Shown: in pieces, positions 58,334 through 64,000 of the stretch
Position numbering within the stretch: position 1 is the stretch's first letter
How the letters are laid out: each line of letters opens with the position of its first letter
Origin: a phage
Assembly: GCA_037431425.1 (NCBI GenBank)
Contig: GCA_037431425.1_4129.1
Length of the DNA stretch: 64,000 bases
Strand: one strand, 5' to 3'
The notes under the pieces: model-generated
What the model was told of the DNA's origin: nothing
Seen by the model: only the letters and a program-made list of their open reading frames with translations
The model's database searches: none
Position numbers and translations under genes: made by a program

Positions 58334-58815
58334 ACATAAACAAACACCAAACTTATATAAAACGTGCAGAAAGTTTCAAACGGCTGGCTGTAAAATCTGA
58401 ATTAGAATTTAATTTGTATTATCCTAATATTGGTGATGAGGTATTTTATTGCTCACATTCAAAGAATGGAACTTTACTTAAATCGGGTAAAGGAACTATT
58501 GTTGATATGACCGCAAATTTCAGAGGTAAACTTAATGTAATGTACAAAGTGCAAGATTCAAGTACTGAGTGTATTCATGAAGTGATGCATAACATACCTG
58601 CATATCCAAAAGATTTTGTTCAGCTAATATCTCGAAGGGAGAAACCTATGTTCTATTGTGGTTACGACAAATTAACCAAACAAATTATTCCTAATACTAT
58701 GGGAAAATTTAAAAGTGATGTAAAATCTGAATTAGAAAAGAAATTTGGTACATCATGGGAAACTGAAAACGAGTTTATCGAAATTCGTTTAATTGAAGTT
58801 ACTATTATTGATTAA
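58285..58815 (+). CDS. Hypothetical protein
   Basis: 176-aa ORF overlapping the methyltransferase 3' end; start uncertain. Confidence 0.4.
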   Translation: MDYASYITLTTRYILLNINKHQTYIKRAESFKRLAVKSELEFNLYYPNIGDEVFYCSHSKNGTLLKSGKGTIVDMTANFRGKLNVMYKVQDSSTECIHEVMHNIPAYPKDFVQLISRREKPMFYCGYDKLTKQIIPNTMGKFKSDVKSELEKKFGTSWETENEFIEIRLIEVTIID

Positions 58816-58821
58816 TTATAA

Positions 58822-58845
58822 ATCCACGCAATGCGTGGATTTTTT
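58822..58845 (+). terminator. Rho-independent terminator
   Basis: atccacgc / gcgtggat palindrome, then T5-6. Confidence 0.7.
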
Positions 58846-58858
58846 CATAGGTGTATAT

Positions 58859-59374
58859 ATGTCAATTCATTATGTTAAAATTATTAACAATATTCTTGAT
58901 TCTTGGGAAGATGTCATTATTGGCAAAAAGAAGCCTTTTCCAGTTCATGCACTAACTGGAAGACTACAATTCAGAATGTCAAACAAAACTGAAACGTTTA
59001 ATAATCATGATATTTGTATTACATTAAAAACACCTGTTAGTATTGTAATTAAAAAAAATAAAGATGATGAATTGTCATTATCTATTGGTCGTGATAAAAT
59101 TATTTTAAGTAATTTGTCTGAAGAAGAATTCTTTCAAAGAAGTACTATCATCGACATGAAAGATTTCACATATGAATCATTAGTAGAACTCAATACACGC
59201 TTTGATGATATTCAGGAACGATTGCGACCAATCCTTCGTAGAGAAGAAGAAGCCTGGATTGAAAGTATGAATAAGATGCAAGAAATGTTAAAAGAAAATA
59301 TTAACAATCTGGGTAAAGCCACAATGGAAATTGGTAAAACTTTAAAACTCAACTTTTCAAAGGATCGTAAATGA
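58859..59374 (+). CDS. FQxS-motif paralogue family member
   Basis: ATG 58859 with AGGTG upstream; SEEEFFQRSTIIDM. Confidence 0.55.
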   Translation: MSIHYVKIINNILDSWEDVIIGKKKPFPVHALTGRLQFRMSNKTETFNNHDICITLKTPVSIVIKKNKDDELSLSIGRDKIILSNLSEEEFFQRSTIIDMKDFTYESLVELNTRFDDIQERLRPILRREEEAWIESMNKMQEMLKENINNLGKATMEIGKTLKLNFSKDRK

Positions 59375-59823
59375 AAATCGATGAACTGATTTATATTTTA
59401 GGTAACTTGCACAAAATATTGTTACATCGTAACGAGATGAATAAACTAGGATATAATATAACTAATATAAATGAAACATCATTTAAATATAATTCAATCA
59501 CTGGTGTAAATTATAATATTGTGTATTGTCATGAAACTGACCCAGACTGCTATCAACTTACGTTATACTTTTATCCAACAAACCCTGCCATTGTTCAAGA
59601 CATATCATCAATATCACTTGACCCAGATGGTGAAATGAGTATAGAATATAGCTATGATTCTAAAAAAGAATGTTACGTTGAAGATATGAAAAATATGTTT
59701 AACGATGCATATGTGTTCCAGCTAAGTACTGTACATGATGTTGGAAGTACTAATGGGCAATTTTGGAATACATGCTATTATCATATGATTGGAATTTGTA
59801 AATTACTAAAAGGCGATGATTAA
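59371..59823 (+). CDS. FQxS-motif paralogue family member
   Basis: C-terminal DAYVFQLSTVHDV. Confidence 0.5.
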   Translation: MKIDELIYILGNLHKILLHRNEMNKLGYNITNINETSFKYNSITGVNYNIVYCHETDPDCYQLTLYFYPTNPAIVQDISSISLDPDGEMSIEYSYDSKKECYVEDMKNMFNDAYVFQLSTVHDVGSTNGQFWNTCYYHMIGICKLLKGDD

Positions 59824-60206
59824 TGAAATACAGCATTGAAGTACATTACACTACTGGTGATACTGAAAATCAATATAACATAGTTAAGACCGTTGATATT
59901 CAATGGGATACTAAAGAGGAAGCAGTTGCTGCTTTACAGTGCTTAAAAGAGCATTGGGTGTTTTATATGAAGCAAGATAATTGCTATACAAAAGAACACG
60001 AAACTATCGTTAAAAATGCTAAACAAAAAGAGTGGTTTGACCCAATTTCACCAGAATATTCATTTTTGGTTAAAGTTGGAGGCGTGACAGTTCCCTTACG
60101 AACACCGTGGAACGGCTACTTTGAAACTCTTCATAATGCACGAGTTGTCGCAGTTGACAATCCTGAACAAATCGATTTTGATTCATTGGACTGGAAAAAA
60201 TTATGA
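59823..60206 (+). CDS. Hypothetical protein
   Basis: 127-aa ORF, translationally coupled, no family motif. Confidence 0.5.
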   Translation: MKYSIEVHYTTGDTENQYNIVKTVDIQWDTKEEAVAALQCLKEHWVFYMKQDNCYTKEHETIVKNAKQKEWFDPISPEYSFLVKVGGVTVPLRTPWNGYFETLHNARVVAVDNPEQIDFDSLDWKKL

Positions 60207-60646
60207 CAGTACTGCACAGATTGAAGAAGGTTAAGCATCCAGTTGTATATGAGGACTGGAAACGACAAAAGTTACTGGGTGATTTTTATTACCCAAAATC
60301 TAAAGTTCTTGCGAATTCAAGATGTACATATATCAAACATAACGATAAAGATACAGTATTTGTTGAAATGGGGTTCAATCCATCAAATACAATGTTCAGT
60401 ACTAACCAAACATTTTACAAATTTCATATCAAAAAAGATGTATTTTCTATTAAAATTATAAAACATTTAGTTGAAGATCTGGTATACAGTGAAGAAAGAG
60501 TTCCTTTATCATTAGTGGATATTCCTTATAATAATTTAGAGGAAATGTACTTCCAACAGTTGACAGTACAAGAAAACTTTGGTATGATAGGACTTCAAGA
60601 GTTAGAGATGATTAAGCAAATTCGTGATATCTACTTTAAGGAGTAA
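60203..60646 (+). CDS. FQxS-motif paralogue family member (variant FQQLT)
   Basis: C-terminal LEEMYFQQLTVQEN. Confidence 0.5.
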   Translation: MTVLHRLKKVKHPVVYEDWKRQKLLGDFYYPKSKVLANSRCTYIKHNDKDTVFVEMGFNPSNTMFSTNQTFYKFHIKKDVFSIKIIKHLVEDLVYSEERVPLSLVDIPYNNLEEMYFQQLTVQENFGMIGLQELEMIKQIRDIYFKE

Positions 60647-61176
60647 CTATGCCAGTACGTAACAGTACTTCACGCTTTACGCTTCAACAGAAAGCAGATC
60701 TTTTGAATATGGCAAATAAAGATTCTAATTATTACTATCTAGTACTCGGTGGTTCAGTTGAAAAGATTGACCTACGTGAGTGTGTGAAATAACAAAGGGG
60801 ATAAAATGAGCCTACGTGAATCATGGGAACAATTTAAAGAAGAGATTGGTTATCGTGGTGTTAAGATTGAACAAATCAATCGAACCGAAAGTATCAAAGC
60901 AAGTTCTAATGGTACTACATATGATCGTTATGATGAAAAGTATGGTTTACATTCTAAATCAAAGGATACTGAGTAATGGTGTATATTAATATTTTTACTG
61001 GTATTATGCGTAAGTTTGTTAATGGTATTGGATATGTATCCAATGATAATGGTAGTACATGGGTAAAAAATAATACGCCCGAATCTTTAGTGAAAAATCT
61101 TCCGTATTATAAAGCTTGACCCCTGAAAATGGAGTATGTATAATACTCCTATATTAATTAAATGAGGATATACGAA

Positions 61177-61749
61177 ATGGCTGGTGTTGATAAAATTTGT
61201 GAATTCAGTGGTGATTATGAAGGTTACGAAATGTACAAGTCCAAGCGTAATCACATTCAAGTACTATCAAAATATCGAAAACATTTTCGTGGACATAAAG
61301 CAACATTGTATGTTTTTGAGAATGGATATTCTGAAGTTTTCACAAGTGGTGGGTACAGTACAGCTAACATGGCACATATCAACCCAAACCCAACTGAAGA
61401 TGATTGGAATAGTGGTAATGCTTTTCGTATTTCAATTTTGAATAAAATGAATCGATACGACCGTTATTGTACATTCTTTGAAAATATTTCAGAATACAAG
61501 CAAGCATTAAAGAAATATAATCAACGCTTACTAATGAATTATGATTACATTCTTCATGTACCTACTGTTCCAGGTCAGGTTAATGGTCTGTACACGAACA
61601 GTACACACGATTTAACTGCGGTGAAGCGTCGTCTTAAACGTATGTTGGGTCATGGAAAACTAACTATCAAGATTATGCGTAATGAATCTATGTATAACTT
61701 TTTAAATGTTCTTCATTACACATTAAAGGATAAAAATGGAAGCGATTAA
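61177..61749 (+). CDS. Hypothetical protein
   Basis: ATG 61177 with GAGGA RBS. Confidence 0.5.
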   Translation: MAGVDKICEFSGDYEGYEMYKSKRNHIQVLSKYRKHFRGHKATLYVFENGYSEVFTSGGYSTANMAHINPNPTEDDWNSGNAFRISILNKMNRYDRYCTFFENISEYKQALKKYNQRLLMNYDYILHVPTVPGQVNGLYTNSTHDLTAVKRRLKRMLGHGKLTIKIMRNESMYNFLNVLHYTLKDKNGSD

Positions 61750-61933
61750 GTTTATTTTTGAGGTACTTATTGCATTCATCGTATGTACGATATCTATTGC
61801 TATTTCTTTAATCCCAGTCATCATTTACCAAGTCTATGGTGGCACAGACCAAACAATTGATATGCTTCTTCGTTGTTTTGGTTTCTGTATATGGTTGATT
61901 ATGTTTATGTATTATATGCATATTGAGGACTGA
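61736..61933 (+). CDS. Small membrane protein
   Basis: 65 aa, two hydrophobic segments. Confidence 0.45.
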   Translation: MEAIKFIFEVLIAFIVCTISIAISLIPVIIYQVYGGTDQTIDMLLRCFGFCIWLIMFMYYMHIED

Positions 61934-61935
61934 TT

Positions 61936-62766
61936 ATGTCATTGGAAAAATTAATCATTTCCGAATTCCGAAAGTACATCATGGATTGTGATAGAGATAT
62001 CCAGCGTAAATTCAATGAGTATCTTGACAAATATCCATATTTGATGTTTAATCCATTTGAAACTCAAACCGATGTCAAACTTGGATTTTACATTGGGTTT
62101 ACTCAACGAATTCTACAACAATATGAGATGAAACAAGCAGAGGTTTGGGTAGAAACTGATTCGAATGAGACGAATGTTTTTTACCTGTACTCTTATTATG
62201 CGGAAATTGTTAGTTCAATGACACTAGAAGGGTATCTATTCGTCAAAACATCTGATATTGAAAAAATATACATAGAACCTGTATCTTTGGATATGGTTGC
62301 CCAGCTTCCAACTATCCAGCAAATGGATGCGAATGAATTAACATATTCAGTATTTGAGTACCTTAATAGAGATGATTTAACTCAAGAAATTGAGAATATG
62401 GTTGCATCATATACTTCAACTCTTATATCTAATGGTTCACTTAGAATAGAACTGATTTACGACGATACTAGTACTAATGCAGTACGAGGTACTCGAATTG
62501 GAAAAGTTACTATACGTGTTGTCCACAATGATGTAGTACTTGGTTATATTTCGAAACGTGGTCATGACTTGTGTATGATTAACGCATATGTTATTGACCG
62601 AAAAGAATGGAACGATTTAATGCAAAAAATCGTAGACGGAAGTGGAATTCGTGATATAATGAGTAATGAAACAGTGATAATTAATCCTGATATTGACTGT
62701 GATGTATATTTTCCAGTTCCTGGATTTACACTACGTAATTTTGGTAAATTAAAGGATACAAAATGA
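61936..62766 (+). CDS. Hypothetical protein
   Basis: 276-aa ORF. Confidence 0.5.
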   Translation: MSLEKLIISEFRKYIMDCDRDIQRKFNEYLDKYPYLMFNPFETQTDVKLGFYIGFTQRILQQYEMKQAEVWVETDSNETNVFYLYSYYAEIVSSMTLEGYLFVKTSDIEKIYIEPVSLDMVAQLPTIQQMDANELTYSVFEYLNRDDLTQEIENMVASYTSTLISNGSLRIELIYDDTSTNAVRGTRIGKVTIRVVHNDVVLGYISKRGHDLCMINAYVIDRKEWNDLMQKIVDGSGIRDIMSNETVIINPDIDCDVYFPVPGFTLRNFGKLKDTK

Positions 62767-63053
62767 AAATTTTAGAAGTTTTACTTGAAAAAGATGCATC
62801 TGGTACTCTTTATGTTGGTAATGATTTCAGTCCTGATCCAATTGATATGATGCAGCGTATTCAATCACTGACCCAATCAATTTCAGTTAAACAACCTTTC
62901 CTAAAAGAATTGGAAATTCATTGCGATAAAGACATGGAGCAGCATGATAATGTTATTTCTGATATCAAAAATCTGTTGACAAAGAACGGATATGTGGAGT
63001 ATAATCCTCCTATCGTAATCGTTATCCCTGGCTTCATGAGAGGAACATTGTAA
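62763..63053 (+). CDS. Hypothetical protein
   Basis: 96-aa ORF, ATGA overlap. Confidence 0.5.
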   Translation: MKILEVLLEKDASGTLYVGNDFSPDPIDMMQRIQSLTQSISVKQPFLKELEIHCDKDMEQHDNVISDIKNLLTKNGYVEYNPPIVIVIPGFMRGTL

Positions 63054-63322
63054 TGACGAAAGAAGAAATGAAATCTCGCTTAAGCGAACTGAAGAAAGAA
63101 CGCAAACTAGTCCGTTTGGACTGGGACATTCTTAACAAAAAAGATGAGCAATCATATGCTAATTGGAGTTCTGATAAAGTTCGCAATGAACGTAGTAAAG
63201 AAGACAACAAACAGTTTATGGCACTGTCCAAGCGTTTATCTGCATTAAATAGTGAAATTACAGGTCTACAGAAAGAAATTATTTCGATTTTACGAGATGA
63301 GATTAAATCACTATATGAATAA
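63053..63322 (+). CDS. Coiled-coil hypothetical protein
   Basis: 89-aa ORF. Confidence 0.45.
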   Translation: MTKEEMKSRLSELKKERKLVRLDWDILNKKDEQSYANWSSDKVRNERSKEDNKQFMALSKRLSALNSEITGLQKEIISILRDEIKSLYE

Positions 63323-63611
63323 ACATGAAGTATTAGTATTAGATAATAAATTCTATGTACCAAATAATGATAGTACTGAAACATATTATCTAATTAATAA
63401 AATTATGACTGAAACTAATACTTGTTGTCGTCAAATCCCAGGAAAATATGAGTTCAGTCAGTCTATTGGCTATTATCGTTATAATCCATTGGAATCATTT
63501 ACAATTGACGTGTTGAAAGTTATTGACATTCTTGTACAGAATGGGTATAATGAAAAACATGTAAATAACTCAGAATTACCAGTTTCAAAAATCGTTATTT
63601 CTAATAATTAG
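63315..63611 (+). CDS. Hypothetical protein
   Basis: ATG 63315 just before upstream stop; track ORF 63252 trimmed. Confidence 0.45.
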   Translation: MNKHEVLVLDNKFYVPNNDSTETYYLINKIMTETNTCCRQIPGKYEFSQSIGYYRYNPLESFTIDVLKVIDILVQNGYNEKHVNNSELPVSKIVISNN

Positions 63612-63613
63612 AG

Positions 63614-63642
63614 TTGGATAATAACAGATGATGTGATATAAT
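63614..63642 (+). promoter_or_regulatory. Sigma70-type promoter (TTGGAT-17-TATAAT) with gatgtgatataatgt core
   Basis: TTGGAT 63614-63619, TATAAT 63637-63642; core shared with the promoter at 38721. Confidence 0.55.
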
Positions 63643-63724
63643 GTTTTTATCGGCAGATGTTAAAATGCAAACCATTCCTCAATGATGAGGGTTTTTCATT
63701 AAAAAGAAATAAAAGGGTATTAAA

Positions 63725-63934
63725 ATGGCTAAAGAAATTCACGCACAAGTACTAGATATCACCGACTTCGACCGCACTGTGAACTACATTCAATTCCAGA
63801 TTCATCAAGCTGAAGAAGCTCTTGCTGCATTCCATGGTACTGGTGCAAGGCCAATCCGTTTTGCTCACCTAGTTGCATGGAAGAAAAGTCTACAAGAAGA
63901 ACTGTCTGAAATGCGTAAAGCAAATCGTAAGTAA
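63725..63934 (+). CDS. Small hypothetical protein
   Basis: 69-aa ORF followed by terminator. Confidence 0.45.
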   Translation: MAKEIHAQVLDITDFDRTVNYIQFQIHQAEEALAAFHGTGARPIRFAHLVAWKKSLQEELSEMRKANRK

Positions 63935-63943
63935 TCTGTTTTC

Positions 63944-63970
63944 GCCCCATCAATTCTGGTGGGGCATTTT
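63944..63970 (+). terminator. Rho-independent terminator
   Basis: gccccatca / tggtggggc stem (one G-U pair), attc loop, then T4. Confidence 0.6.
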
Positions 63971-64000
63971 AATCACATAAATCAAGAGGATTAACACATG

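Noticed and set aside
60648-61118. Three untracked short ORFs (about 47-56 aa) between the paralogue array and the gene at 61177
   Set aside because: Each is ATG-initiated and they tile the interval, but all are below 60 aa without recognisable motifs or clear RBS; too weak to call, worth checking with ribosome profiling.

Overview
This window reads as part of a large, AT-rich, virulent dsDNA phage genome from a Gram-negative host, almost entirely transcribed on the + strand in tightly packed, often translationally coupled operons. It carries a T4-like DNA replication and nucleotide-metabolism module: a DnaG-type primase, DnaB-type helicase, class Ia ribonucleotide reductase NrdA/NrdB, DHFR, RNase HI, a Dda-like helicase, adjacent topoisomerase II subunits, an RFC-like clamp loader, a GroES-like co-chaperonin and a DexA-like exonuclease. 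Transcription signals are many near-perfect sigma70-type promoters, one T4-type late-promoter motif and numerous hairpin terminators. Selfish elements are prominent: nrdB is split by a group I intron carrying a GIY-YIG endonuclease ORF, a C5-cytosine methyltransferase carries a LAGLIDADG intein immediately before its catalytic cysteine, and there are two zinc-ribbon/Vsr-like endonuclease-like genes, one of them frameshifted. The most striking unexplained feature is a tandem array of at least ten small paralogous genes sharing a C-terminal [D/E]E-x-[F/L/Y]-F-Q-x-S-[L/T]-[I/V] motif, in two clusters flanking the methyltransferase. Other unusual cargo includes phage-encoded IF3 and ClpS-like homologues next to each other, a NADAR/YbiA-like protein, and a minus-strand island of membrane-anchored paralogues. 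All calls rest on reading the sequence and ORF track by eye; no database search was run.
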